NCBI RefSeq assembly: GCF_039654945.1
Contig: NW_027361754.1
Location: forward strand, 7,750,001 to 7,814,000
Reading direction: 5' to 3'
Length of the DNA stretch: 64,000 bases
Source of the DNA: Dendrobates tinctorius
Taxonomy: Eukaryota
In this document: positions 12,513 through 25,661 of the stretch, piece by piece
Layout of the letters: every line of letters begins with the position of its first letter
Numbering within the stretch: position 1 is the first letter of the stretch
Translations under genes and position numbers: made by a program
Notes under the pieces: model-generated
Seen by the model: only the letters and a program-made list of their open reading frames with translations
What the model was told of the DNA's origin: nothing
Databases searched by the model: none

Positions 12513-12669
12513 GATATAATAACCCCCAGCTCTTTATCTTGCCAATATGTATCCTCCTCTCATTGCTCTGCACTGATGAGGGGTGGAAACTCTGAAACAG
12601 TTGTCTATAGATGGGCAGATTTTCCTTTTGGAGGTGACTCTGGTTTGGTGAATATCCTACATCTTGTTG

Positions 12670-13075
12670 AAGAAAATTTGTCATCAGGTTTCTGCCACCT
12701 AGTTGAGAGCTGCGTATTGTATAGACAGATACCCTAATTCCATAATTCCAGTGATGTGTTGCTTACTGAGCTGTTTGCTGTAGTTTTATCAGCAGGAGAC
12801 TAGCACTATATGCCATGTATTCCTCCATATTCATGAGCTCTGTACAAACTCGCCCCACCACTGCTTTCTGTGCACACTATGCAGAGGCATATGAGTGATG
12901 TGGGCTGGGCTATACAGAGCTCAGCATTCAAATATCTGCAGGTGAAAAAAAACAGGGATTATACCAGAACTGCAGCAGTCAGCCCAGTAAGTGACACATC
13001 ACAGGAATCAGGGTCTCTGCCCCTACAGCTTGCTGCTCTAAGTTAGGGGAGCAAACACTTGGCAAAAAATTCCCT
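12670..13075. mobile_element. Degenerate TTAA-target (T2/Kolobok-type) MITE
   Basis: Right end ...AATTCCCT followed by TTAA, with degenerate inverted arms. Confidence 0.5.
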
Positions 13076-13819
13076 TTAAAAGGTCAGATATTGACTTATA
13101 GAGTAGCTGCCTCTATTAGGTGGCACATCCTTCTGACATAAATCTTGTCCTACTATGGTTCCCTCTAATTTTCAAGAGAAAAGGAACTCTGATTCCTATA
13201 AAGGTATATTCTGAAGATTTTGAACTTCTTAAGATTAAATAGAATACAAATACAGCCACACTTTCACCTTCCCAAGACCATCACAGATAACAACTTATAC
13301 CTCAACTGTCCTAACCAACAGTAACATTACACCCATAACCCACTATCTCAGCGCCTCAGATGCCATAGTACTGGTGCATCAGATGCATTGCCTTCATTAT
13401 TTGGTGTACATATAGAGGTACTATTTAGACTCTGTACAGGAGTATTATGGTTGGGCTTCCATTCTGAGTCAGTCACATGCAGTCATGGCCATTATAGCAT
13501 GTAGAGGCCAATAGCTGTACCATAGGATTTATCTCCATTTCGTCCGGTCATTCAGCAGCCCGTGCAGAGGTGCTATTGACCGCCTGCACCTGCCGCAGCG
13601 TGACGAGCTAGGGCTGTTTGGGAACAAAACCTTATGATTAAATCACATACATTTAAATCAAGCCGCACTTGCTTTCATCGTGACACACTAATTCACTAGC
13701 TTGGACCACATGTATACATGAATCAATGGGAAATAAGGGAGCCTTGGAAATGCTCTCCTGTAACAAAAGCATAACCCAGTGCCAAGATTTTAGAAAGAAA
13801 AGTAAATGAAAATAAATAA

Positions 13820-14019
13820 AGGGATTGTCCAGGATTACAAAAACAAGTCTGCATCTTTCAAGAACAGCACCACCCACTGATCATGGGGTGTGTAGTATTG
13901 CAGCTCAGCTTTATTCACTTCAATAGGGCTGGGTTGCAATACCAGACACAACCTATGATTCGGGGTGGTGCTGTTTTTGAAAGAAAGAAGCCATGTTTTT
14001 CTAATCCTGGACAATCCCT
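13820..14019. mobile_element. T2/Kolobok-type MITE, 200 bp
   Basis: TIRs AGGGATTGTCCAGGATTA / TAATCCTGGACAATCCCT, flanks ATAA and TTAA, fold-back interior. Confidence 0.8.
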
Positions 14020-14799
14020 TTAAGGAATTAGAAAACTTGTGAATAAGTAAATTAAGAGGAATTCACCTCCAGGCATAAATGGTCTCTTGCCTACATTCCT
14101 AGTTTTATCCCTTTCCTCTTTAACCCCAATGAAATGTATGTAAATTGATGCACTTTGTTTTCGTGTGATTTAAGCTTCCACTGCCACTTTTACCCCTTTT
14201 TTTTTTCCTGTTAATGGATAAAAAGGTTGACAACATTTTATATTTATCTTTTTCCTGTCCTTAAAGCTATTTTCACATGATGACATACTACTGAGTGTAC
14301 CATCCCCCAGGGCGTATAGACCCTCTCTTTCTGTCACAACCAAAGTCAATCACTTTGTGCTACACTGTGCCACATCCTGACCCCTCAGCAGTCACTTCCA
14401 TCGTGTCACTGTGTGTGACCTCTTTAACTGATTTCATTAATTACTCGCTTCTGACTTTTCTGCCGAATCTCATGGAAATGTGAATTCCATCATTTTAAAT
14501 AGCCAATTTAGTGGAAAGGTGTAATCATCAGTCCTGCTATTTTCTTCTGCTATAACACATGTGCCAAATATAGCAATTAATGTGCTATAGGGATTGCATT
14601 ATCTGAATCCCATAATCCCGCCATAGTCATTTACGCTGCATATTGGTCCCAATGCACAGGGACAATTTTGTCACCGGATTGAATATTTCTGAATTAGACA
14701 GGCTGGAGAATTAAGTGGATAAAGATTTTTTTCTCATATTTCCTCTTGATGTGTCTTCTATTATTGCAACTACTATGCAGTTGATTAAATATCTAAAAG

Positions 14800-15272
14800 T
14801 CTAGGACCTGTGATGACATAGCGGTCTCGCAAGACCGCTACAGTATTGCAAGACCGCGACGTCATCAAAGGTCTCACAAGGCATTACTGGGAACGGGAGC
14901 ATCGCGAGGAACGGGAATGCTGCGCGGGACGTTGGAAGGTGAGAAAAACACGATTTTTTATTTTTTTTAAATTATTTTTAACATTCTATCTTTTACTACT
15001 GATGCTGCATAGGCGGCCTCAATAGTAAAAAGTTGGTCACACTCGTCAAACACTATGTTTGACGAGTGTGACCAACCTGTCAATCAGTTCTCCAAGCGAT
15101 GCTACAGATCGCTTGGAAAACGCTAGCAATTCTGCAAGCTAATTACGCTTGCAAATCGATAGTTTTTCCATGGGAAAATCGCTGGAATTTAAAATGCGGT
15201 TTTCCTTCGGAATGGAATTCCGGAATTCCTGCGGTAACTTCTGCGGGAGTTCCGCAACGTGTGCACTTAGCC
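14800..15272. mobile_element. Harbinger-type non-autonomous element, right-end fragment
   Basis: Ends GTGTGCACTTAGCC + TTA, with palindromic subterminal CCGCA/TGCGG motifs. Confidence 0.55.
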
Positions 15273-15437
15273 TTAGAGGAAATAAAATCCTTGAGATCAC
15301 CTTCGAGTCACTGACACCTTTAAGTTACAAAGTTGGTGCCTTCATAAATACAAAATATAGGAATCTATTTACCAAAAGGAGATGCTTTGACAAGCCTCCA
15401 TTGCTGATAGCGCTGGCTACATCCAGAGGATTGGTAG

Positions 15438-16233
15438 TGTAGGATTACTAGCAGGTGCGTAGGATGCAGTGACGAGCAGGAGGCAGAGTAAGGGTTAACA
15501 GGAGTTTTTTATATAACCAGAGAAAAAAATAACAACGCTTTCTCCATGCAGGGAGTTAATATATACAAGATGTACAGCAGTATTGTGCAGGCAAATATGT
15601 GGAAGTTCAGTATAAAGCAGTGACGGCTTGACTTCAGCTGTCAACAACGGTAACAAAACAAGAATTGCTAATGGCGGGAAAGGAAAAACCGTCCAGAGGG
15701 AGGTGGTTGGAAGATCCAATGGTGGCGCCGCAGACGGCGCGTCATGTTGAGGAAGCGGTCCTGGATGTACCGGAGGCACTGTCTTAGCGGTGATGAACAG
15801 TCCAGGAACTTTTGGTGGGAAGCTGTATGTCCGGGTACCAGTGGCTGTTGTTTCGGTGGATGAGGCATAGGGTTCCGGTATCAAAGCCGCGGCTGTAAAG
15901 TTGAAGTCTCCAACAAGAGCCGTGCACTCTACGCTGTCAGCGGTCAAGCGTTGCGCAGTAAGGTCAGCGTTTCCTGACAGCGGTTGCATGGGGTACGTGT
16001 CCCGCAGCGGTAAGCAGTCACTGGTGCTGTTGCTGGATATTTGGGGATACGCACTCAAGCGCAGTCTGCCGTCAGTAGTGTTACCCGCAGGGAGCAAACC
16101 TTCACCTGCCGCACCTCCTGTCTTCCCGCCAGAAGCCCCAGGTTCCCGCGCACAGCCCTTTTTATATCAGACCCGCCCTTGGCAGCAGGGGTCACAGGTC
16201 TGTTCCGGTCAGGTTTTCTGTCCCCCTGCAACA
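15438..16233 (-). mobile_element. Probable solo LTR
   Basis: TGT...ACA ends, GC-rich interior and a TATA-like ATATAAAA on the minus strand. No clean TSD. Confidence 0.5.
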
Positions 16234-16980
16234 CTATTGGCAGCCCCAATGGTTCCGTCCCAGAGACACCGTTGCCTTTATTGTTCCGGTTCTTCCTCCT
16301 ACAGTAGCCTCAATCAATGTTAATAATGAGGTTAATATCAGTTTCACAACTATAAAAGCTTTATTTGTAGTTTAATGTATATGGCACAGAGACCCCTGTG
16401 ATCTCTCTGCCATGTCACTGTTCAGCAGCAGTCACTTGCGGTCCGTCTCTCACTGCAGCCTCGGTTTTGCATCATACGAGATGTTTACATGAATTCATGT
16501 CCTACCAGAGCTTTTATCTGACATTATCAGGACAGTTAGACATGTCCCCTAAAGGGTTTTATGTATCGTGCATTTCCCTCCCGCTTTATTCTGGAGTGTA
16601 CAAGGCCTTTGTGTTTTGTAGTTACAATTAGCTAAAAGCAAAAGGCAACCTTTGAAGCGACAGAGTCTTTGCTTTGCATCAATCAGACGTCACATATTTA
16701 GAGATGGACACAAAAACAACAAAGTGGCAGATAAGGAGAGAAGTGAAGAGGAATTCTGCTCCTAGAAAATATAGAATCAAGCTGCTCTCCCAATCTTCCC
16801 CCCCTTGCACTATATAAAGACTTCTAATTACTTTTGGACATTGAGGATTGCATAAAATGATAAAATTGATACTACATTATCTTGAACATAAAACTATATA
16901 TATAAAACCTGCAGATTTTTTTTAAATACATCTTTATAAAGGTCTAAGATTCCTTTTTCTGACATAGAGCTCCAAACTTA

Positions 16981-17781
16981 GGGCCCCGTCACACATAGCG
17001 ACGCACCAGAGATCCTGACAACGATATGACCTTGTCAGGATCGCTGGTGTATCGCTACATGATCGCTGGTGAGCTGCCAAACAGGCAGCTTCACCAGCGG
17101 TCAGCACAAGCGACACGTGGGTAACAAGTGACGCACGTCGCTTAGTTACCCACTGTGTACCTTAGTTACCAGCGCGCTGGTGCAGAGAGCTGGTAACCAA
17201 GGTACACATCGGGTTTCTAAGCGGCGCACGGCACTTAGAAACCCGATGTGTACCTTGGTTACCAGCTCTCTGCACCAGCGCGCTGGTAACTAAAGTACAC
17301 ATCGGGTTTCTAAGCGCTGCGCGCCACTTAGAAACCTGATGTGTACCTTGGTTACCAGCTCTCTGCACCAGCGCGCTGGTAACTAAAGTACACATCGGGT
17401 TTCTAAGCGCTGCGCGCCGCTTAGAAACCCGATGTGTACCTTGGTTACCAGCTCTCTGCACCAGCGCGCTGGTAACTAAAGTACACATCGGGTTTCTAAG
17501 CGCTGCGTGCCGCTTAGAAACCCTCTGTTTACCTTAGTTACCAGCAGCAGCTCACTGATCACTGTTCTCCCACCTGTCACGCGATGCGTGCTGGCCAGTG
17601 GGAGACCAGCGATCAAAATAATGTCCTGGCCATTCCAGGATGAACAGCGATACCCGGCAGGGGGGCCGGTCGCTGAGAAGTGTCACACATAGCGATCTCG
17701 CTGGTGAGATCGCTGTTGCATCACAAAACTTGTGACTCAGCAGCGATCTCGCTAGCGAGATCGCTATGTGTGACGGGGGCT
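16981..17781. mobile_element. Harbinger-type MITE with an internal palindromic 93-bp tandem repeat (about 4 units)
   Basis: TIRs GGGCCCCGTCACACATAGCGA / TCGCTATGTGTGACGGGGGCT, TTA TSD. Sister copy at 54752-55371. Confidence 0.9.
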
Positions 17782-19099
17782 TTACTGTGCAGATAATTGA
17801 TCCATCGTGTTTTTGAAGCTGCCTGCATCCTGGGCTCATCTCCTTGCTTTCCCTCCCTTTGCTGTCTGAGCCAAAATATATAGTGTCCTAGGTCCCCTTT
17901 AAGCACAAAGCAATTTTTTGTTGAAAATAAAAAACAAAAAAGGGTAACCATTGGTGGTTACTTAAGGAGATGGGCAGAACAGTAATTATAGGTTTATTCA
18001 GGCTAAATCAGGCTACACCTTCCAGAAATGAGTAGCTGGTTTCATCTTGACTAAACCTAATCTTACAATTCTGCCTATTTTCTTAAGTCAGCAGCACCAT
18101 TGGATTCCTTTTTTAACTATTTATTCTCCAAAACGCAACTGTTCTGACTGACAGGGATTTTGGGTCAAGCTGCAGCTGATTTACTTTGGATTAAAACAGC
18201 ATAACGCCATTCTCACAAGTTGAGCACACTACTTTATGCTGTCATCACTCATTTCATAAGGATATCTGCACTATGAAAAGTCCTATATTTGTTCTTAATA
18301 GGGTGAAACTTTTTTTTTACTTTTCACTGTAGTATTTGAAAAATCATAGTTTATTTTTCAGGACAAGATGTATTTTAATGAAGTAACTTTTTGGGGAACA
18401 TATGATTTCATTAGTTAAATTTTAATCACTTTTCAAATCTTTGTTGGAATAGAAAAAAAACATTCTGTGGGTCAGTACAATTCTGGCAACATCAGAGTTT
18501 TTTTTTTTGTTTTTTTTACTTTTGCAAAAAATTGCACATTTCATGGAAAAAAAAGTTTTTGGCCACATTTCCACAGCCAGAACATAGTATGTGGTCTTGC
18601 TTTTTTTAGCGAGTCATACATTTTAATAAGTTAATTTTAGGGTACATATAAATTGCTAATTACATTATATTATTTTTTTCTAGAGACAGAATGTAAAAAC
18701 AAAAGTGCCAGAACAAGCATTTTGCCCTTATCTATTACAGGAGTGCTGATAAGGTAGCAGAGAGCCTTTCCTAGGGTTGTTATTGATGGTGTCCTCTAAT
18801 GGGTTAAACAACCTGGATCAAAGTTTTCTCTGGTTCTGGCCAATTGACAGTGGGTTGGTTGAATATTACAGTTGACACCAGATGCTCACGCCATGAGCAC
18901 AGCTTTTGGTCTTTTGCTAACCAAACATTTCAAGCTGTGGTACCATTGCGCCACCACTTCAAGAAGCTTACTGTATTCTGCTTGTTCACTTAACTGACCA
19001 ATAAAACCTCTGCAGTAGTGAGCTCTCTCTAGTGGCGGCAACTCCTCATTAGGTAATATGAATCTTTTGTACAGAGCTCCAACTGCTATAAAGATATAT

Positions 19100-21155
19100 T
19101 ACTCTCCCTTCTTTTGAGAAGCACTCTGCGCGCATCTACTCCTCCTCCAAGTGGCCGTAATCTTACATCCTCCAGGTCCAGCAACCACCTTCTTAAACCA
19201 CTTCACCACTTGGTACTTCATTTCCTTTCCATTAACCCCCCTATCGTTATGGGTGACTTCAACATCCCCATTGACACTTCCCACCCAGCTTTCTCTAACC
19301 TTCTATCTCTCACTTCCTCCTTCAGCCTTGCTCAATGTCCGCAACTACTCACAAAGATGATCACACACTGGACCTCATCTTCACCAGCCTCTGTTCTTTA
19401 TCTAACCTCTCTAACTCACCTCTCCCTCTTTCTGACCACAAGCTACTTACATTCTTTTCCCTCTCCTCTCCAGGTCTACATCTCCACTACACAAACTTGC
19501 ACACCATCGCAGAAATCGCAAACACCTCAACCTACATTTACTCTCTGAATTTTTGCTCCCCCTTACAGACATAAGTTACTTACACAATGCGGATGCCGCG
19601 TTATATAACACTACAACAGCGGTAGCTCTGAAACTGGTCGCCTCCCTCACACATGCCAAAGCTAGCACAATTAACAAGCAACCATGGCACACCAGGCTGA
19701 CTAAAGATCTGAGGCGGGCTTCCAGGGTTGCTGAGCGGAGATGGAAAAGCTCTTATTCCAATGAGCACTTCATCACATTCAAACAGTCCCTTACTACTTT
19801 CAAGTCCACACTCACAACAGCAAAACAATCATACTTCTCATCTCTCATATCCTCCCTGTCTCACAACCCTAAACAGCTATTCAATACTTTCAATTCTCTC
19901 CTCCGTCTCCCAGTACCTCTTCCCTCTCCTCTCATTTCAGCTAAAGACTTTGCCTCATTTTTAAACCAGAAGATTGACAGCATCAGGCAAAGCTTTTTCC
20001 TAAAGTCCCCCCAAGCGCCCTCCTCATAATTACTCAGCCCTCCTCCTCCAAAACCAACATTTGGGAAGATTAACTTTCCTCTTTACTATCCAAATCACAT
20101 CTCACCACCTGTGCACTTGATCCAATCCCTTCTCACCTTATACCAAACCTCAACAGTGTCTTCATCCCAACCCTAACCCATCTCTTCAACTATCACTAAC
20201 AACTGGTGTCTTCCCCTCATTCTTCAAACATGCCTCAATCATACCCATCCTCAAAAATCTCTCTCTTGACCCATCCTCTTTGTCTAGCTATCTCCCCATA
20301 TCACTTCTCACCTATGTCTCAAAACTACTGGAAAAACATATCCATTTTAAATTGCCTACGACCTGTCCTCCTGCTCCCTCTTTGACCACTTGCAATCTGG
20401 TTTACGACCGCATCATTCCACTGAAACTGCCCTAACTAAAGTCACAAATGACCTACTAGTTGCCAAATCCAAGCAACAATAATCTGCCCTCCTCCTCCTG
20501 GACCTGTCAGCTGCCTTCGGCACAGGCGACCATTCCCTCTTACTACAGATTCTCTCATCTATTAGGCTTCGCAGACTTGGCCCCATCTTGGATCTCTTCA
20601 TACCTAACAGACCGGACATTCAGCATCTCCCACTTGTTGATTGCCATTGATTACATTTCTGTCGGTGTCCCCCAAGGATCAGTTCTAGGACCCCTACTCT
20701 TTTCCATCTACACCTTCGACATGGGACAGCTCATAGTCCCACGGCTTTCAGTATCAATTCTATGCTGATGATACACAGATCTACCTCTCTGGACCCGATA
20801 TCACCTCCTTTCTAACCAGAATCCCACAATGTCCATCCGCTATTTCACCTTTCTTCTCTGCTAGATTTAAAAACAACCTGGATAAAACAGAATTCATAAT
20901 CTTTCCCCCATCTCACTCAACCCCCCCCAACAGACCTATTCATCAAAGTCAATGGTTGTCCACTCTCCCCTGTCCTGCGAGCTCTCTGCCTCGGGGTAAC
21001 CCTTGGCTTTGATCTCTCCTTCAAACCACACATCCAATCCCTTTCCACTTCCTGCCGATTCCAACACAAAAATATCTCCTGGATCAGCACATTCCTCAAC
21101 CAAGAATCTGCAAAAACACTAGTGCATGCCCTCATCATTTTCCACCTTGACTACT
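19100..21155 (+). pseudogene. Degraded L2 LINE ORF2 (APE endonuclease + reverse transcriptase)
   Basis: [43 protein letters not shown] and YADDTQIY, with many frameshifts. Confidence 0.9.
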
Positions 21156-22130
21156 ACTTATGTCCTCCGAATTACCAACAATAACCCCATAAACAGCCCC
21201 ACCTCCACATCTGTATCTTGGCCTCTCACAGTTCTCAACCTTTGAGACACAAAGACGGTAACACCTTTGATCTGTTTTTTGTCTGTTTTGGTTCAGTCTC
21301 CTAGCTAGATAACTCACCTCTTCCCCTCTCCGACCACAACATTCTCTCTTTCATGCACATAATTCCTCGCCCACCCCAGCACATTCCTACCTTGAACACA
21401 TTCAGAAATCTACAAGCCGTTAACACTCATACACTTACGGACTCCATACACTCATTACTGTCCCCAATCACCTCTTTTTCCTGTCCTGATCAGGCTATAA
21501 ATCACTACAATGACACTCTCAGAAGCACCCTAGACCAAGTAGCGCCTCTCACCCTCAGAACCCCCAAATAAACACCATAAAGAAAAGAGCATGCACATAC
21601 AAGGGATCACCCAATAGTATCATAAAAATATATATGAACTTTATTATACGACAAAATTTCAAAACACTGCAAAGAACACTTTAAAAACATTTAAAATTTC
21701 AAACAAGCAATAATAGAAACTGGACCCATGATAAGGTCAAGCCTTTGCTGCTCCACAATAAATGCTCGCTCTAAATCAGAGGGACACTGTGAGTAGATAA
21801 TAAATATTGAACATGCAGTAGACGAGGCTGAAAATTTCAAACTTTAAACAAGTCACAGAGTGAAAAAAATCCAATATAATGAATTACTAGATATACAATG
21901 CACGCATTAATGTTGGTATTGGAACCCTCCTTGAAAATTGCCACATATATAGCGCAGAAAAGCTCCCTTTATATTGCCCACTAAAGAGGACCTTGAATGC
22001 TGAGCCCAGAAAATTAGCTTAAATAGCAAAAAAATCCTAGCATTCACACTGAATCAAAGTGAATTATGATTCATGGATCAAAGAGAGGGGCCACTTCCAG
22101 GACCTCAAGATATCATTTAGCAGTCTAAAG

Positions 22131-22292
22131 CAGGGTTCCCCAACTCCAGTCCTCAAGGCACACCAACAGATCATGTTTTCAGGATTTCCTTTGTATTGCA
22201 CAGGAGAAGCAATTATCACCTGAGCAATACTAAGAAAATCCTGAAAACATGATCTGTTGGTGGGCCTTGAGGACTGGAGTTGGGGAACCCTG
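22131..22292. mobile_element. hAT MITE, 162 bp
   Basis: Long TIRs CAGGGTTCCCCAACTCCAGTCCTCAAGG and a perfect 8-bp TSD GTCTAAAG. Confidence 0.92.
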
Positions 22293-22437
22293 GTCTAAAG
22301 CACCTCTGTCCCTCTCAAATGAGATGGGATAATATACGACCTGTATATTGAAGATTGGCTGGTTAAAGTGCCTGAAATAGGCCCAAGGGCATGATGGTAG
22401 AGGTGGAGCGCAGTGGAGAAAGCAAGGGCAGAAGTGA

Positions 22438-22478
22438 GACCGACGCGTATCGCCAGAAAGACTGGCTTCCTCAGGGGC
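22438..22478 (-). ncRNA. Degenerate minimal type I hammerhead ribozyme motif
   Basis: CC-CTGAGGA-A-GCCAG(TCTTT)CTGGC-GATA-CGCG-TC-GG. The core GAAA reads GATA. Confidence 0.55.
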
Positions 22479-23294
22479 AGTTAGTGCAGTGTGCCAAAAG
22501 AGCGTCTTAAATGCCTGTAAAATCATAGGCATCAGAGATCAGCTGGAGGCTCAGGGAGTCGGGGGGGGGGGGGGGGATGTGTCATCATGACCTCATTACC
22601 AGGAAGTTGAAAACAAGCGCAGCTGCGCAATGCTTAGAGAGAAGTCGCTGCCATGGTGTTTGCAGATGGCTGCGGTGTAATTAACTGCGCATGCGTGAAT
22701 CCGAGCAAGTGCAGAAGAGCCTGGGGCAGAGAATAGGAGGAGAGCAAAATCTCCTTAGTGACATATAATGGAGTGCGCGTGTGTCCAAGCATGCGCAGTA
22801 GACCCTGAAGTGGAGGATTAGAGAAAGGAGGAAGCTCCTAACTAGCGTGTATCACAGAGCACTTGCAGATTAATGTAGGGGGCCACAATACATAGGAAAA
22901 AAGGGGGAAGGTATCGTTATAATAGTGTCCCAGTCAAAAACAGGGGAGGGAGAATTTTTATTACATCACCTAGCGGAGCATGAGAAGTATTCAACCTCAG
23001 ATGGCAGATATTACAGCGCTTATAAAGAGAGAGTGCCCATTGCGGCAAATGTTCAAACCTGATGTAAATTATTGCAAGCATTTAAAATACTTAATTACCT
23101 CTAATAAGGACAAAGGTGCCCACATTATTTCCAAAAAATGGATTTGTTTATTTTGTCACATACAGGCCATTTTGCACAGAATATTTAAAAGAGGATCAAA
23201 ACATTAGTATATCATAAATAGTTTATATAAAGGACATTTACAGGGGAATGAAAGTAAACTGCCCAGAATCCCCTAGTCACCAGGTTGGGTGGTA

Positions 23295-24899
23295 CAGTGG
23301 GGAAAAAAAAGTATTTAGTCAGTCAGCAATAGTGCAAGTTCCACCACTTAAAAAGATGAGAGGCGTCTGTAATTTACATCATAGGTAGACCTCAACTATG
23401 GGAGACAAACTGAGAAAAAAAAAATCCAGAAAATCACATTGTCTGTTTTGTTTTCATTTTATTTGCATATTATGGTGGAAAATAAGTATTTGGTCAGAAA
23501 CAAAATTTCATCTCAATACTTTGTGATATATCCTTTGTTGGCAATGACAGAGGTCAAACGTTTTCTGTAAGTCTTCACAAGGTTGCCACACACTGTTGTT
23601 GGTATGTTGGCCCATTCCTCCATGCAGATCTCCTCTAGAGCAGTGATGTTTTTGGCTTTTCGCTTGGCAACACGGACTTTCAACTCCCTCCAAAGGTTTT
23701 CTATAGGGTTGAGATCTGGAGACTGGCTAGGCCACTCCAGGACCTTGAAATGCTTCTTACGAAGCCACTCCTTCGTTGCCCTGGCGGTGTGCTTTGGATC
23801 ATTGTCATGTTGAAAGACCCAGCCACGTTTCATCTTCAATGCCCTTGCTGATGGAAGGAAGTTTGCACTCAAAATCTCACGATACATGGCCCCATTCATT
23901 CTTTCATGTACCCGGATCAGTCGTCCTGGCCCCTTTGCAGAGAAACAGCCCCAAAGCATGATGTTTCCACCACCATGCTTTACAGTAGGTATGGTGTTTG
24001 ATGGATGCAACTCAGTATTCTTTTTCCTCCAAACACGACAAGTTGTGTTTCTACCAAACAGTTCCAGTTTGGTTTCATCAGACCATAGGACATTCTCCCA
24101 AAACTCCTCTGGATCATCCAAATGCTCTCTAGCAAACTTCAGACGGGCCCGGACATGTACAGGCTTAAGCAGTGGGACACGTCTGGTACTGCAGGATCTG
24201 AGTCCATGGTGGCGTAGTGTGTTACTTATGGTAGGCCTTGTTACATTGGTCCCAGCTCTCTGCAGTTCATTCACTAGGTCCCCCCGCGTGGTTCTGGGAT
24301 TTTTGCTCACCGTTCTTGTGATCATTCTGACCCCACGGGGTGGGATTTTGCGTGGAGCACCAGATCGAGGGAGATTATCAGTGGTCTTGTATGTCTTCCA
24401 TTTTCTAATTATTGCTCCCACAGTTGATTTCTTCACTCCAAGCTGGTTGGCTATTGCAGATTCAGTCTTCCCAGCCTGGTGCAGGGCTACAATTTTGTTT
24501 CTGGTGTCCTTTGACAGCTCTTTGGTCTTCACCATAGTGGAGCTTGGAGTCAGACTGTTTGAGGGTGTGCACAGGTGTCTTTTTATACTGATAACAAGTT
24601 TAAACAGGTGCCATTACTACAGGTAATGAGTGGAGGAAAGAGGAGACTCTTAAAGAAGAAGTTACAGGTCTGTGAGAGCCAGAAATCTTGTTTGCTTGTT
24701 TCTGACCAAATACTTATTTTCCACCATAATATGCAAATAAAATGAAAAAAAAAACAATGTGATTTTCTGGATTTTTTTTTCTCAGTTTGTCTCCCATAGT
24801 TGAGGTCTACCTATGATGTAAATTACAGACGCCTCTCATCTTTTTAAGTGGTGGAACTTGCACTATTGCTGACTGACTAAATACTTTTTTTCCCCACTG
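23295..24899 (-). mobile_element. Full-length Tc1 transposon (IR/DR type), 1605 bp
   Basis: TA flanks, near-identical TIRs of about 210 bp starting CAGTGGGGAAAAAAA, intact transposase. Confidence 0.97.
23513..24535 (-). CDS. Tc1 transposase, 340 aa, DD34E
   Basis: Paired-like [36 protein letters not shown]. 34 residues between the second D and E. No stops. Confidence 0.97.
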   Translation of the reverse strand: MVKTKELSKDTRNKIVALHQAGKTESAIANQLGVKKSTVGAIIRKWKTYKTTDNLPRSGAPRKIPPRGVRMITRTVSKNPRTTRGDLVNELQRAGTNVTRPTISNTLRHHGLRSCSTRRVPLLKPVHVRARLKFAREHLDDPEEFWENVLWSDETKLELFGRNTTCRVWRKKNTELHPSNTIPTVKHGGGNIMLWGCFSAKGPGRLIRVHERMNGAMYREILSANFLPSARALKMKRGWVFQHDNDPKHTARATKEWLRKKHFKVLEWPSQSPDLNPIENLWRELKVRVAKRKAKNITALEEICMEEWANIPTTVCGNLVKTYRKRLTSVIANKGYITKY

Positions 24900-25661
24900 T
24901 ATATGATAAAAGTCCACACACCCTCACCATAGATAAAAAAAAGACAAAATACTATTGTCATTATGGGCATGCTATTTAAGCCAGGAATTATATAAGATGA
25001 GGTCAAGGGATCTCCATATAGATTGAGAAGAGTTACATTGCATAAATCTACACCCCCTCCTTCACATAAGTACTCACCATAAATAGAAAAAAGTGACGGA
25101 ACACTATTGTCATTATTGGCATACTATTTAGGTCTCCCTCTCAGAACCCCCAAACTCAGAGTAAAACAGCCCTAGCTCACATCGCAAACTTGATTTCTCC
25201 AGCGATGCTCGATTTCTCCTGCACCTCGCCAAACATACCAAACTTCACTACCTTGATCTCCTCACTATCCAACCACCCAAAAATACTATTCAACAGCCTT
25301 TCACTCCCTCCTCAGTCCGAAAGCACAGACCTCTATCATAGACATCTGTGCTGATGATCTGGCCTCCCACTTTACAGACAAAATAAAAATATCTGTCAGG
25401 AAATCAGCTCCCAGCCACCAAGTGCCGTAACTCCCATCCCTCCCCACATCTCCTCTGGCTGACCCTCCACATTTGACTCAGATGAAGAAGTCTCCAGGAT
25501 CCTCTCTTCTTCCCTATCTACTACATGCTCTACTGATCCCATTCCCTCAAATCTCTCTCCAGTTGTCACTACTCAGCTAACTAAAATCTTCAATCTCTCC
25601 CTCTCTGGTATTTTCCCCTCCTCCTTCAAACACTCTATTATTACTCCATTATTTAAGAAAC

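Larger units (their letters stand above)
21569..25139 (-). mobile_element. Non-coding Penelope-like retro-insertion (about 1.8 kb after removing nested elements)
   Basis: 15-bp TSD CTCAGAACCCCCAAA (21554-21568, 25140-25154), a hammerhead-like motif and AATAAA on the minus strand. No ORF recognised. Confidence 0.6.
21165..25661 (+). mobile_element. Second L2 fragment (21165-21568 and 25140-25661) split by an insertion
   Basis: L2-type C-rich sequence (PLSDHN motif) resumes after the duplicated CTCAGAACCCCCAAA. Confidence 0.7.

Noticed and set aside
15495-16323. ORFs of 140-200 aa in a GC-rich segment
   Set aside because: They lie within an LTR-like repeat, are open on both strands and show no domain motifs.
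17155-17540. CRISPR-like palindromic repeats
   Set aside because: No variable spacers. The repeats are internal to a TIR/TSD-bounded MITE.
18200-18720. AT-rich possible piggyBac-like relic
   Set aside because: No TIR or TSD could be identified, so it is too degenerate to call.
23886-24626. 246-aa ORF on the plus strand
   Set aside because: Antisense shadow of the Tc1 transposase.
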